NCBI GenBank assembly: GCA_035299545.1
Contig: DATGWJ010000024.1
Span: forward strand, 18,150-82,149
Reading direction: 5' to 3'
Source: Minisyncoccota bacterium
GTDB taxonomy: Bacteria; Patescibacteriota; Minisyncoccia; Phycocordibacterales; UBA9973
Length of the DNA stretch: 64,000 bases
Below the pieces are notes generated by a model. It was not told where the DNA came from, searched no databases, and saw only the letters and a list, made by a program, of their open reading frames with translations. A program made the translations under genes and the position numbers. Positions 20,900-31,962 of this stretch are shown here, one piece after another. Numbering within the stretch: the first letter of the stretch is position 1; each line of letters starts with the position of its first letter.

Positions 20900-21544
20900 T
20901 TAAGAAGATACGCTTATTTGCCCATTATTGGAAATATTTATTATTTTAAAAGTACTAGGATTTGCATCTGGAGATATCTTTATCTTCATATTATATATAG
21001 TAGAAGCACTACAAGAACCTGTGCCATTTACACGGTAACAAAAATAAGGTTCAGGGTTAGGACGTTTAAATATTAAATCTACAGTAGAAGTAGAAGATAT
21101 CAGAGTGGAATCATTTACATATATTTCTGTTATTTTATCTAAACTTGTAATACTTAATAGTTCAAGACACTCATTACTAGCAGACGGACTACCACAGACA
21201 TTAGAAGAATTATCGTACCTATTATTACCACTTATATCTGCAAATAAAATAAATGATTTATTAGATCCAGAGTATATAGAAGCACTAGGATTAGCAGTAA
21301 AATGAACTCCGTATCCATCAGTGAACATTCCACTTGTCCCACGAACACCAATAGCATATCCTTGAGCTCGACGTACAGCCAGAGCAATATCGTCGGCTAA
21401 ATTCTGAATTGATAAAGATGAATTGAATTTACCGTAACTGAAAACAGTAATCCCCGATATGATCACAAAAATAGATAGCACAACTAAGAGCTCGATAAGA
21501 GTTACACCTTTATTGTATTTATTTTTATGAAAAACTTTTGACAT
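20900..21544 (-). CDS. minor pilin (FimT/GspH-like)
   Basis: GVTLIELLVV; C-terminal NISNNGQI. Confidence 0.88.
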   Translation of the reverse strand: MSKVFHKNKYNKGVTLIELLVVLSIFVIISGITVFSYGKFNSSLSIQNLADDIALAVRRAQGYAIGVRGTSGMFTDGYGVHFTANPSASIYSGSNKSFILFADISGNNRYDNSSNVCGSPSASNECLELLSITSLDKITEIYVNDSTLISSTSTVDLIFKRPNPEPYFCYRVNGTGSCSASTIYNMKIKISPDANPSTFKIINISNNGQISVSS

Positions 21545-21547
21545 TTA

Positions 21548-22360
21548 TTATATGCTTAAAAATCTTACTAATGAAAATAAATCAAAACTAAATAAAAATG
21601 TAATGAAAGTGCTTATTATAAGGAAAGGAGCAAATGGTATTTCCGTTTTCATATTAATTTTCCTCTTTGATAATATAATTAAAAACAAACTAACTATTGT
21701 TCCTACCCAAAATGCTACTATTACTGCAAAAACTCCAGATGATAACCCAAGCATCCAACCGATACCAAGCATAAGCTTACCATCCCCTAACCCCATAAGA
21801 CGCCCTTTTGAAAATAACCAAATGAGAATGAAAGGAAGAGCAATTGCTGGACCTGCAATTAAATTAGATAAAGAAGGTAGTATAAAAGTATGACCTACTG
21901 GAGAGTAATTTATGAATATTGAAAATAAAGAAAGAATGATGAAAGAATATGATAACTTATCTGGGATAATCTTATGTTTTAAATCGTAAACAGAAATAAC
22001 AATAAGAAGAGAAAAAATGAGCATAAATAATATTACTTGTAACATATATTCACTGTAAGAGGAATATAAAATGGGCATGAATTTGAACACTATAAATGCA
22101 AAAACAAATCCAGTTATGATTTCAACCAGAGGGTACTGATGGGAGATTCTACTTGCGCAACGACGACATTTGCCATTTTGAATAAGGAAACTAAAAACTG
22201 GAATTAGCTCGAACCATCTTAATGTATTATTACAGCTCATACATATAGACCTTCCACTTGTAATTGCTTTACTAGTATTTAACCGAAAGATAACGACATT
22301 AAGAAAGCTTCCAATAATAGTTCCAAGTAAGAAAACAAAAATAAAGACAATTATGCTCAT
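21548..22360 (-). CDS. pilD: prepilin peptidase
   Basis: GSFLNVVIFR, two CxxC pairs, GLGDGKL, IPFAPFL. Confidence 0.95.
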   Translation of the reverse strand: MSIIVFIFVFLLGTIIGSFLNVVIFRLNTSKAITSGRSICMSCNNTLRWFELIPVFSFLIQNGKCRRCASRISHQYPLVEIITGFVFAFIVFKFMPILYSSYSEYMLQVILFMLIFSLLIVISVYDLKHKIIPDKLSYSFIILSLFSIFINYSPVGHTFILPSLSNLIAGPAIALPFILIWLFSKGRLMGLGDGKLMLGIGWMLGLSSGVFAVIVAFWVGTIVSLFLIILSKRKINMKTEIPFAPFLIISTFITFLFSFDLFSLVRFLSI

Positions 22361-22387
22361 ATGTTTAATATTATACCATTCGAGTAT

Positions 22388-22420
22388 ACAAAAAACCACT
22401 TTATAAAGTGGTTTTTTGTA
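22388..22420. terminator. terminator after pilin gene
   Basis: tacaaaaaaccacttt/aaagtggttttttgta. Confidence 0.8.
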
Positions 22421-22432
22421 CTAAATAAATTT

Positions 22433-22918
22433 TTAGCAAGTTACATCAGTTGTTGCTGTTAACATAGCAGAGGCAGATGTTTTAGCAGAACCATTAGAAT
22501 CTACGCAAAAGAAGTTCCCGTCCTTAAGGAGGACTTCTGCAGCCCAACCATTTGCAGTAGAATTGCAAATCCCTAAGGTAGAAGTTGCTGGACCAGCGTT
22601 ATCTAATGAGACTGTAGCGGAAGAGGAATTTGCTTGAGCTGCAGCTAGGACTCCTGCATTAATCCCTTTAATCGTACCTATTAATCCAGCAGGGTCACAT
22701 ACATTCGTAGCATTTGTACCTCCATCATATCTATTTGAATTTGCATCATAAAATAGCTCTGCTTGGGAGCGAGTATTGGCTAAATTCGACTTAGCTGAAG
22801 CAACTGCCCCCTTTGCACGGGCACTATTCAATGATGCAAGTACGACGGACGATAACACTCCTATAATTGCTATGACAACAAGGAGTTCTATCAAAGTAAA
22901 ACCTTTAATCTTATTCAT
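22433..22918 (-). CDS. type IV major pilin paralog 3
   Basis: GFTLIELLVVIAIIG; C-terminal FCVDS and terminal Cys. Confidence 0.92.
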   Translation of the reverse strand: MNKIKGFTLIELLVVIAIIGVLSSVVLASLNSARAKGAVASAKSNLANTRSQAELFYDANSNRYDGGTNATNVCDPAGLIGTIKGINAGVLAAAQANSSSATVSLDNAGPATSTLGICNSTANGWAAEVLLKDGNFFCVDSNGSAKTSASAMLTATTDVTC

Positions 22919-23060
22919 ATTTTAAAAATTATTAATAATATATTATAAAAAGGTTACTGTGCTTTTTTATATATATAATAATAACAATATATTTAAAAAA
23001 CAACAAGACAACAAAACCACCTTTATATTAAAGTGGTTTTGTTGTCTTTAATATCTAGAA

Positions 23061-23507
23061 TTAACAAGCAGTAGTTGTTGTTGCGGTAAGTTGAACAGCC
23101 GCATTTGATTGTGATGCTCCTGTTGAGTCGACACAATAATAACCACCTCCCTTGAGTGGAATTTCTGCTGCCCAAGAAGCTGCAACATCATTACATGTTC
23201 CTTCTGTGGCTGTAGTTATTGCATCATTAGCAATTGTAGCAGGTGTAGTATCAGCACTTGATGCTATTGCCCCCAACAAAATAGTGTTAATACCTCCAGC
23301 ACCAGTACATACGGTCGCATAAGTACTACCACCATCATAGAACAGTTCCGCCTGTACTCGAGAATTTGCCATACCTGATTTTACAGCAGCATCTGCTCCT
23401 TTTGTACGAGCACTATTTAAAGATGCTAAAACGACTGATGATAAGATACCGATAATTGCGATAACGACCAATAATTCAATAAGAGTGAAACCTTTGTTTT
23501 TATTCAT
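23061..23507 (-). CDS. type IV major pilin paralog 2
   Basis: GFTLIELLVVIAIIG; YCVDSTG. Confidence 0.92.
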   Translation of the reverse strand: MNKNKGFTLIELLVVIAIIGILSSVVLASLNSARTKGADAAVKSGMANSRVQAELFYDGGSTYATVCTGAGGINTILLGAIASSADTTPATIANDAITTATEGTCNDVAASWAAEIPLKGGGYYCVDSTGASQSNAAVQLTATTTTAC

Positions 23508-23638
23508 ATTTAAAAAATTAATAATAATATTTATAAAAAGATGCTTATGCTTCTTATGTGTATATTATACAAGATAAGCCATATAAAACACAAGAAGAAA
23601 AGCCACCCAAAGGTGGCTTTTCTTTCTAATAATTTTTA

Positions 23639-24115
23639 TTATGCTCCACAGTCTCCATCAGCTGTACCAGAATCTGTTCCTGAAATTGATGCCCCAGTAC
23701 TATCTACACACCAGTTACCACCACCTTTTAGTGTTGCAGACATTGCCCATGCTGATGCTTTCTGTCCTGATGTACCACCAAGAGTACATACAGGGTAAGC
23801 TCCTGAAGAATTATATATAGAAGCTACAGCCGCTGTGACAGTTGGATCAGCGAAAACAGTAGTAGCGTCTCCTGTACCTGAAGGACAAGCAGAAGAATCT
23901 GGTAGAGTAGCAATAGCAGCAGAACTATAACCACTATTTGTGTCATAGAATAACTCTGCTTGAGCACGCATATTTGCTAGACTTGATTTTGTAGCCGCAT
24001 CTGCTCCTTTTGTACGAGCACTATTTAATGATGCTAAAACAACTGATGACAAAATACCAATGATTGCAATAACAACCAAGAGTTCGATTAATGTAAAACC
24101 TTTATTTTTATTCAT
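23639..24115 (-). CDS. type IV major pilin paralog 1
   Basis: GFTLIELLVVIAIIG; WCVDSTG. Confidence 0.92.
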   Translation of the reverse strand: MNKNKGFTLIELLVVIAIIGILSSVVLASLNSARTKGADAATKSSLANMRAQAELFYDTNSGYSSAAIATLPDSSACPSGTGDATTVFADPTVTAAVASIYNSSGAYPVCTLGGTSGQKASAWAMSATLKGGGNWCVDSTGASISGTDSGTADGDCGA

Positions 24116-24262
24116 AATTTTTTCCGCTTAAGGCGGGTCCGCTTTTCACGGAAATTTTAATAATTTTGTCTTTCTTTGAAAGACACGACCTTATATTTTA
24201 ATAATACAATTATATCATAAAACCTATTTAAAAATACAATGACATTCTAGTGTGGATATCTT

Positions 24263-25474
24263 TTAATTAATACCGCCAGCAATATTGTAAATCGGCATCA
24301 ATATAGACGACAACAGAACACCCACTCCTAGTCCAAGAATGATAATCATTAATGGTTCAATCAAACTTACCATCGTATCAACTGCTTCATTTACTTCACG
24401 GCTATAAAAACGACCAAGAGTTTTCAAAATATTCCCCAATGACCCCGTCTCCTCACCCACTTTAATCATCCCAGACATAATAGATGGTATTTCTTTGTGC
24501 TTATAAAAAGCATCAGAAAGAGAACTTCCACTTTTCACCGATTCAACAACTTCATTTAATACATTCTCGTAAATACGATTCCCCACTATATTACTTGTAA
24601 GTTCTATTGATCTCACAATTGGAATACTTGATGAAAGCATTGTATCCATATTATCGGAAATTCTAGATAAATAAAGTTTACTATATATGTTTTTGAAAAT
24701 TGGAAGCGTTATCTTTAATCTATCAAAATATAATTTACCTTTAGCGGTAGTAGAATATTTGATTACATATACAATGAAAATTACTATTGCCACAAGCAAA
24801 AAGATGCCATAGTTAACAACTAAATCACTGGCTTTCATTATCACTTTTGTAAAGAAAGGAATACTTACACCTGATTCCTTAATAATTAAAGAAAGCTTAG
24901 GAATAATGAAAGTAAACATCATCACCATAACAATAACGAAAACTCCAATTACGAAAGCTGGATATATGAGTGCATTCTTTGTCTTTGAAGTTAGTTGATA
25001 CTGACGATCTAAATAATCCGCCAAGTATGCAAAGGATTGAGTTAGCTTACCTGATTCTTCTCCTGACTTCACCATGTTTACATAAAATTCAGAGAAGACT
25101 TCAGGATGTTTCGATAAAGCTACAGAAATATATACTCCACCTTTAATATCTTCAGCAACTTCACTTAATATGTGTGAAAGTATTTTGTTTTCAGTATTCT
25201 CAGAAAGTAAATTGAAGGCTTTAAGTGCAGAGACTTGTGATTCAAAGAGTGTTGACATCTGTCTAGACATCATAACTATATCCTTCATTGGTATATTTTT
25301 ACCGCCAAAGAGAGTTATGTTTAGGATACCCTTTTTCTCTCCACCTTGTTTTATGGAAGATATAATATAACCCCTGCGTTGAATTGCCGCAATAGCCAAA
25401 TCTTTGGAACTGGCATCTACAGAACCGACTTTTTTCTCACCTGTATTTGTAATTGCTTCGTAATTAAATAACAT
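24263..25474 (-). CDS. pilC: type IV pilus platform protein (GspF/PilC)
   Basis: GEESGKL, ALIYPA, GEETGSL, LIEP. Confidence 0.95.
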   Translation of the reverse strand: MLFNYEAITNTGEKKVGSVDASSKDLAIAAIQRRGYIISSIKQGGEKKGILNITLFGGKNIPMKDIVMMSRQMSTLFESQVSALKAFNLLSENTENKILSHILSEVAEDIKGGVYISVALSKHPEVFSEFYVNMVKSGEESGKLTQSFAYLADYLDRQYQLTSKTKNALIYPAFVIGVFVIVMVMMFTFIIPKLSLIIKESGVSIPFFTKVIMKASDLVVNYGIFLLVAIVIFIVYVIKYSTTAKGKLYFDRLKITLPIFKNIYSKLYLSRISDNMDTMLSSSIPIVRSIELTSNIVGNRIYENVLNEVVESVKSGSSLSDAFYKHKEIPSIMSGMIKVGEETGSLGNILKTLGRFYSREVNEAVDTMVSLIEPLMIIILGLGVGVLLSSILMPIYNIAGGIN

Positions 25475-25477
25475 ATA

Positions 25478-26539
25478 TTAAAACATTTGCTCTAAGGCCT
25501 TAGGATTAATAGAATACTGATACGCACTTTCTAAGCTTATCTCACCTCTTTGCACTAGGTCGATAAGACATCTGTTCATATCCATCATTCCTTCATGAGA
25601 AGACGTCTCAAGGACAGTATCTATCTCATGAGTTCTCTTCTCGCGAATAAGATTTGCAATTGCTTTGTTGTTTATGAGAAGTTCATAAGCTGGTATACGT
25701 CCACCTGCTATACGAGGGATAAGACGCTGCGAGAATATTCCAAGTAAACATGCTGCAAGCTGAAGTCGGATTTGGCCCTGCTGTTCTGCGGGGAAAGAGT
25801 CAATAATACGGTCTATCGTTTGAGAAGCGTTGTTAGTATGAAGAGTAGACAAAACCAAGTGACCCGTCTCAGCTGCTGTCACAGCAGCAGCAATAGTAGC
25901 ACTATCACGCATTTCTCCAATAAGAATAACATTTGCATCTTCTCGAAAGACAGCTTTGAGAGCACCCAGGAAACTGTCTGCATCTATACCAATTTCTCGT
26001 TGATCTATAATGGATTTATCTGGTTGATATATAAATTCAATAGGGTCTTCTATTGTAATTATATGTGATGTCTGTTCACTGTTTATAGTATTAATCATTG
26101 TAGAAAGAGTTGTAGATTTACCTTGCCCTACTGGGCCAACAACCAGGAAGAATCCTTGTTTTTTTCTAGAAAACTCCTTAAGAATTTCTGGTAAATTTAA
26201 TTCCTCAAATGATTTTGCTTTAGAGACAAGACGAATAGCAATACAAGCCATCCCTCGCTGAATAAAGGCATTCCCTCTTAATTGTACTTGCCCATCTTTT
26301 AGATTACTTGAGAAATCAATGTCTTTAGTTTCTTTAAATTTCTTAACTCTCTCAGGACCAACAAGGACATTTAATACGCCCAAAATATCTTGCTCCTTTA
26401 GTACTTCTTGGTTTACAAGCATAACTAATTGTCCATTAATACGGATAGCTGGCTTTCTTCCTACTCCTAAATGTAAGTCGGACCCATCTTCATTGATTAA
26501 ATTTTCTAACAATTCATTTAAAAATTTTTGGTAATCCAT
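25478..26539 (-). CDS. pilT: type IV pilus retraction ATPase
   Basis: SDLHL, GPVGQGKSTT, TIEDPIE, AAETGHLVLSTLHTN, NLIRE. Confidence 0.95.
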   Translation of the reverse strand: MDYQKFLNELLENLINEDGSDLHLGVGRKPAIRINGQLVMLVNQEVLKEQDILGVLNVLVGPERVKKFKETKDIDFSSNLKDGQVQLRGNAFIQRGMACIAIRLVSKAKSFEELNLPEILKEFSRKKQGFFLVVGPVGQGKSTTLSTMINTINSEQTSHIITIEDPIEFIYQPDKSIIDQREIGIDADSFLGALKAVFREDANVILIGEMRDSATIAAAVTAAETGHLVLSTLHTNNASQTIDRIIDSFPAEQQGQIRLQLAACLLGIFSQRLIPRIAGGRIPAYELLINNKAIANLIREKRTHEIDTVLETSSHEGMMDMNRCLIDLVQRGEISLESAYQYSINPKALEQMF

Positions 26540-26540
26540 A

Positions 26541-26933
26541 TTATTCTTTTATTTTATTAATTATATTAACAACTTTATCAATGACTTCTCCTGGAGTGGT
26601 AGATGCTTTGACTATATAACCAGCTACTCCTAAGGATTCTATTTGATTTATTTCCGATGGTTGTCCTCTATTAGAGAGAAAAATGATTGAGGAATCATTG
26701 CTTAAATTTTGCTCTCTTATTTTTGCTAATAATTCAAAACCATCCATATGAGGCATTGTAATATCAATGAGGATTATTTCAGGAGAGAAACCTTGTTTGA
26801 GTTTTTCTAATGCAGGTAGAGAGCCAAGAGCAGTAGAAACATCAAAATTTGATTTACTAAATTTTAATGCGTACATATCTAAGAGAAAACTGTCATCATC
26901 TACAATTAAGATTTTCTTAGGTTCTGTTCCCAT
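26541..26933 (-). CDS. single-domain response regulator receiver
   Basis: IVDDD, LIDITMPHMDG, YIVK. Confidence 0.92.
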   Translation of the reverse strand: MGTEPKKILIVDDDSFLLDMYALKFSKSNFDVSTALGSLPALEKLKQGFSPEIILIDITMPHMDGFELLAKIREQNLSNDSSIIFLSNRGQPSEINQIESLGVAGYIVKASTTPGEVIDKVVNIINKIKE

Positions 26934-27053
26934 ACTATTAGTATAACAATAATCGAGGAGCATAAGCAAATAGTTTAATAACTTTTGCTTAATGTCCGAG
27001 AGACATTATTATATAGTAATCTATATAATATAATTAAAAATATAATACTAGAA

Positions 27054-28799
27054 CTAGAAGTTATATATTTCTTGGAATGGAATATCTCCTCTTACACTTT
27101 TTATTATGGCATCTTCGCGGATAGTGAGCATTCCTCTAGAGCGAGCAAGCTTGTATAACTCTTGTTCTTGTGGCTTCTTAAGAATTAGACTCTGCATTTC
27201 TTTATCTATTTTAAACATTTCAAACAAAGCTACACGCCCTGAGAGCCCAGAGGCACTTTCCGGGCAAGGTACAGCTTCATAAATTTTATCCTTTATTTCT
27301 AATTTTGATTTATATTCTTGTGGTAAATCTGCAAATTGCTTATCTATCATAGCCCTTGTTGCTTCGTCTATTGGTATTTCGTGTCTAGAATTTGGATGAA
27401 TTCTACGAGCTAAACGCTGAGCCATACAGAGGATTAAAGTAGGAGCTATGAGGTAAGGATCTATACCCATATCAATAAGACGAGGAATTGCCCCAATAGA
27501 ATTATTGGTGTGTAGAGTAGATAGAACTAAGTGACCAGTAAGAGCGGCCTGAATGGCAAGTTCGGCTGTTTCTTTATCGCGGATTTCTCCTACTAATATA
27601 ATATTCGGATCCTGACGAAGAATAGAACGTAAACCATTTGCAAAAGTATAACCAATTTCTGGCATAACTTGTGATTGATTTACTCCATCAATTTTATATT
27701 CAATAGGATCTTCCAACGAGACTATATTTTTATCTTCTTTATCAAGCTCACTCAACATTGAGTACAAGGAAGTAGACTTACCTGAACCAGTAGGACCAGT
27801 CATTAATATTAATCCGTAAGGACGCTTCATTGCTTCTCGGATAAGAGTTTTGTTCTCTTCTGATAACCCAAGTTCATCGAGTGAACGAATTCCTTTCTGG
27901 GAATCGAGAATACGTATTGCTATTTTCTCTCCGTAATAAGCTGGCATAGTGGAAACACGAAAATCTATTTTACGATTATCGATTTTTGCAGAGAATCCAC
28001 CATCTTGTGGCTTACGCTTTTCATCCAACCTGAGCTTGGAAAGAATTTTTATACGAGCTATTACACCATTGTAAACATTGAGTGGTAAAACTATAGAAGT
28101 ATAGAGAATGCCATCTACACGAAAACGTACTTTGACTTTTTCACCGGTATTTTCAATGTGAATATCAGAAGCAAGTCCTTCTATAGCACTGCGAAGTATC
28201 ACTGCCACAATCTTTATAATTGGAGCATCAACAACAATTTTCTCTTCTTCTCCTGGTTTTAAATTATCCGAAGTTTTTAGATTTGACTCTATAACAACTC
28301 CTCCATCACCACCTGAAGTACCAGCAATTTCGGAATCCAATTCATTCAAGGCTTGATCCACTTCCATATTTGAATCCCCTTGATACAATTCTATCAACTT
28401 ATTATAGACAGAAGTTGCTATTAAAAATAATTTAAATGGTTTATTTAATTTTGCTGTAATGAAAGTAAGTGCATCAAGAGCTTGAATATTCTCAGGATCT
28501 ATAATCCCAACCTCCAAAAAGCTATCCGTCATATTGATAGGGATAAATTTATACATTCGTGCTGCATCTATTGGAATTAATTTTATTACTGATGGAGGAA
28601 CATCACGAGGATTAACATTTTTTGTTGGAATACCAAAAATTTCTCCTTTTATTTTTAGGATTTTTGCTTCATCAAAATTAAACTCGAGGAGTGCCTGATC
28701 TATGCTTCCTTCATATTTTTCTTCTGCTAGTTTGACAACCTTAATTGCTTCGTCTCCATCGAGAATACCATGTTTTACAAGCTCTTCTATGAATACCAT
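27054..28799 (-). CDS. pilB: type IV pilus assembly ATPase (GspE/PilB)
   Basis: ASDIHIE, PQDG, GPTGSGKST, LRQDP. Confidence 0.95.
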   Translation of the reverse strand: MVFIEELVKHGILDGDEAIKVVKLAEEKYEGSIDQALLEFNFDEAKILKIKGEIFGIPTKNVNPRDVPPSVIKLIPIDAARMYKFIPINMTDSFLEVGIIDPENIQALDALTFITAKLNKPFKLFLIATSVYNKLIELYQGDSNMEVDQALNELDSEIAGTSGGDGGVVIESNLKTSDNLKPGEEEKIVVDAPIIKIVAVILRSAIEGLASDIHIENTGEKVKVRFRVDGILYTSIVLPLNVYNGVIARIKILSKLRLDEKRKPQDGGFSAKIDNRKIDFRVSTMPAYYGEKIAIRILDSQKGIRSLDELGLSEENKTLIREAMKRPYGLILMTGPTGSGKSTSLYSMLSELDKEDKNIVSLEDPIEYKIDGVNQSQVMPEIGYTFANGLRSILRQDPNIILVGEIRDKETAELAIQAALTGHLVLSTLHTNNSIGAIPRLIDMGIDPYLIAPTLILCMAQRLARRIHPNSRHEIPIDEATRAMIDKQFADLPQEYKSKLEIKDKIYEAVPCPESASGLSGRVALFEMFKIDKEMQSLILKKPQEQELYKLARSRGMLTIREDAIIKSVRGDIPFQEIYNF

Positions 28800-28802
28800 G
28801 AA

Positions 28803-29450
28803 TTAGTTTGTAGTAAATGAGACTACATCTCCGCAAAGTGACGAACCATTAATCTTTGCGCATGCTTTGTAGAAGTAGTTCGTTTTAGGAGTAAGTCCTA
28901 AAACATTTTTAATAAATGTGCCGACAAGTGATTGCTTAACCATTGGGGTAACAGTTCCTAGTTCTAGAGTTGTACCATATTCGAAGTAGGTATCTCTAGC
29001 TCCACTTTCATTTATAGTTCCATTAAAGACAACAGTTTTATCTGTGATTTGAGTAGGTTGATCTGTGACAACCTTAGGAAGACCTGCATTAACAGGGAAA
29101 GAAACACCCATTGGCGCAAAAGGATTAATTCTTCCAGCACTTACCTTTTCTATTTTTACTGTATTATCTTTCAAACTTGTAAAAGACTTGTTTTGGAATA
29201 TCGATGTATCTATCTTTATCCTTTTAAGAGAAGCAAGTGTGGTAAGAAATGCTACATCAGATGAGATCTTATCACTTTGAGTAACGATATTATCTGTCTG
29301 TTCTACGCCAGTAGAACTTACAAGAGAACTGCCATAGGCAACAGGTAAGATTTCTGTAGAGCTTAAATCATGAGAGAAATATAAATACGCTCCACCTAAC
29401 ATAATGGCGACTGTAGATACTATTAGAAATTTATGATATGTTTTTTTCAT
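28803..29450 (-). CDS. pilus-locus protein (PilP position) with C-terminal FN3-like domain
   Basis: N-terminal TM, GRINPFAP motif, YFEYG...GLTPKTNYFY. Confidence 0.75.
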   Translation of the reverse strand: MKKTYHKFLIVSTVAIMLGGAYLYFSHDLSSTEILPVAYGSSLVSSTGVEQTDNIVTQSDKISSDVAFLTTLASLKRIKIDTSIFQNKSFTSLKDNTVKIEKVSAGRINPFAPMGVSFPVNAGLPKVVTDQPTQITDKTVVFNGTINESGARDTYFEYGTTLELGTVTPMVKQSLVGTFIKNVLGLTPKTNYFYKACAKINGSSLCGDVVSFTTN

Positions 29451-29455
29451 GTTAT

Positions 29456-30076
29456 TTACTTTAACCAGTATGTTTCAACTTTTAATGTGTAACTGTATAC
29501 ATTTGGGTCAACAGAAACCCCACCCTCACTTCCACCAGAACCTTGCTGAGGGACTCTAAATGATACAGACTTTATATCGACTAAACGTAAGTTTTGTTCT
29601 AATTCTTTTAAGAATGATAGAAATGTCTCATATCTTCCTTCTATAATGAATTCCATAGGGAAAATACCATAAGGAAGATTATCAAGTTCATCATTTTCTG
29701 CCATTATTACATTATCTGCTTTATTATCACTCGCAGCATCTTTATTGCTCTCTAAATTCTTTGGATCAAATTTTATATTCCCAATAGGCATTCCGTGTAA
29801 GTTGGCAATTTTTTCAATTTCAAGAATTAAATCGATATTGCCAATACTACTAGGCAAAAAGTGAGCCAAGCGATCTTTATCTTCAGCTTTTACTTCCTTG
29901 TATACATTTATAAGTGAATCCCTTGTTTTTTGTAATTCGGTGGAATTACTTAATGCGATATTATAAGCAGACACATCTGCTCTAAGTTGCTTTATTTCTC
30001 CATAAAGAGGGTCAATGAAAACAAAGAATATGACTAGGGATATTACTATGAATATGATTGAGGAAATTAATTTCAT
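29456..30076 (-). CDS. pilO: PilO-like protein
   Basis: GRYETFLSFLKELEQNLRLVDI; synteny. Confidence 0.8.
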   Translation of the reverse strand: MKLISSIIFIVISLVIFFVFIDPLYGEIKQLRADVSAYNIALSNSTELQKTRDSLINVYKEVKAEDKDRLAHFLPSSIGNIDLILEIEKIANLHGMPIGNIKFDPKNLESNKDAASDNKADNVIMAENDELDNLPYGIFPMEFIIEGRYETFLSFLKELEQNLRLVDIKSVSFRVPQQGSGGSEGGVSVDPNVYSYTLKVETYWLK

Positions 30077-30077
30077 A

Positions 30078-30776
30078 CTATTGTGTAGTTTTATCTAAAC
30101 CATTTGATAATGTATCCGTAGTAGTGCTTGTACTTGTAGTAGTAGAAGTAGGAATTGTAGTAGTGGAAGGAACTTCTACTGGTTTTGCATCTTCTGCTTT
30201 AATACTGTTCTCATAAGAAAGAATTGCTGGATCAACATTAAATTTTAAATTGAAGGTAATATTATTACTTTTATCTTTCATTAAATTAGAAAAGAGAACA
30301 TTCTTGAAGTAGCGGCCTTTTTGAGTATTAAACATATCGGCCTGAAGAGCGATAGATCTGTAATCACGAGCTATACCTTCTATTTCTACATAGAAACCTT
30401 TTTCATTTGTTTGATGCTCAAATTTAGTATATTGAACAGAAGGAATAGTTATCTCCCCTAAAAGTGAAAACAGCGGTGAGAGCACGATATGCTTACTTAG
30501 AATAGTTTTCGTAGCTTCTGTACGCTTGTTAAATAATTCAAGCTCATCTATTGTATCCTTTTCGAAACTTTCACGCGTTTTTAAGAGAGTAGAAGAAAGG
30601 GTTTCTTGTTGCCCAGTTAAATAAATTTTATATAAAAACAAACCCCCAGATAATAAAATAGAAAAAATAAACAAAAATATGGAAATTATTGAAAAAAGAC
30701 TTTTAGGCTCTTTATCAGGACCAGCAGAAGTTACTGGTTTCTTGGGAATAAATGATGTTTGAAATGAATTTTCCAT
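30078..30776 (-). CDS. pilN: PilN-like protein
   Basis: FQTSFIPKK N-terminus, TM, IEGIARDY; follows pilM. Confidence 0.75.
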   Translation of the reverse strand: MENSFQTSFIPKKPVTSAGPDKEPKSLFSIISIFLFIFSILLSGGLFLYKIYLTGQQETLSSTLLKTRESFEKDTIDELELFNKRTEATKTILSKHIVLSPLFSLLGEITIPSVQYTKFEHQTNEKGFYVEIEGIARDYRSIALQADMFNTQKGRYFKNVLFSNLMKDKSNNITFNLKFNVDPAILSYENSIKAEDAKPVEVPSTTTIPTSTTTSTSTTTDTLSNGLDKTTQ

Positions 30777-30785
30777 AATTACATT

Positions 30786-31919
30786 TTATAATAATTGTCG
30801 CAATGCAAGACCGACTGCAACTGCAAACTCTGGACCACTTACTTCTAAAACTGGACCCAGGAAAGCAGGAGTTTCTGTCTTTGAAAAAGGATTGCTGTAG
30901 GAGACCTCTGCTTGGAAATTTTCTTTTGCGGCTTCTAATAACCCTTTCAAAAGAGAACCTCCACCGGTCAAAAAAACCTTACTGATGTTTTCATTATACT
31001 TCTTCTCATATGCAAACACAATACTGTTGATATCTGTAAATATGTAATTTATAGATAAACGAACAATTTTCTCTACTCGACTATCAATACTTGCATCCAG
31101 ACCTACAGACCTTTTAAGTTTTTCTGCCTCTTCAAAAGGAACACTGAGTGATTGAGATATATTCCTACTAATATCGTGAGAACCTCTATTAACCACATGA
31201 AATACTCGAACAATACCTGCATTTACTATAGAAATTTTCGTTTTCGATGCTCCAAAATCTATCAAAAGGGTTGGGGCTGTCTCATGGTTAAAAGATGAGC
31301 GTATGCTACTGAAAATCTCCATCTCAAATGAATCAGATTGTAAGTCTGTCTTCTTCAAGATATCTTGATATTGAGCCAGAATGTCATTATGTATAGCCAC
31401 CACAAGAACTTCTATCTTGGTTTTAGCTGTTGTTGTAGCATTGGCACCTTCTATTGATTCTGCTTCTTCTGGAATTACAAACCAATCGAGAGTAACTTCA
31501 GTTATAGGAACTGGGATATATTTACGAGCTTCAATTGGAATTATTTTTGATAATTGTGTCTCGTCTACTGTACTAGGTAATGAGATTGTAAAAATCAAAC
31601 TTGATAATGATGGAATAGATATAACTGCTGACTTAGTAGTAACGTTTGATTCCTTCATAACGTCAATAAGAGCACGAGAGATATCATCGGGCTTTAGATT
31701 TGTGACAGCTCCAACATCAAGGTTAGCATAGGGACCCAATGAAAGAACTCCGTATGTTTCAAGGACTGCTTTGCCAGATTTTTTCTTTAGTTGTACTACT
31801 TTTATAGAGGATGAGCCGATATCTATACCAAGTGAATCTTTGTTCGATTTATCAGCTTTTAAAACATTTGACAAATTAGCCAATCCTTCAGAAATTATTT
31901 TTTTAAGTGAATTGTCCAT
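30786..31919 (-). CDS. pilM: type IV pilus assembly protein PilM
   Basis: GIDIGSSSIKVVQL, IDFGAS, LTGGGS, AVAVGLALR. Confidence 0.95.
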   Translation of the reverse strand: MDNSLKKIISEGLANLSNVLKADKSNKDSLGIDIGSSSIKVVQLKKKSGKAVLETYGVLSLGPYANLDVGAVTNLKPDDISRALIDVMKESNVTTKSAVISIPSLSSLIFTISLPSTVDETQLSKIIPIEARKYIPVPITEVTLDWFVIPEEAESIEGANATTTAKTKIEVLVVAIHNDILAQYQDILKKTDLQSDSFEMEIFSSIRSSFNHETAPTLLIDFGASKTKISIVNAGIVRVFHVVNRGSHDISRNISQSLSVPFEEAEKLKRSVGLDASIDSRVEKIVRLSINYIFTDINSIVFAYEKKYNENISKVFLTGGGSLLKGLLEAAKENFQAEVSYSNPFSKTETPAFLGPVLEVSGPEFAVAVGLALRQLL

Positions 31920-31962
31920 AATTAACATATTCATTATACCATATATATTGTAAAATAAAGAA

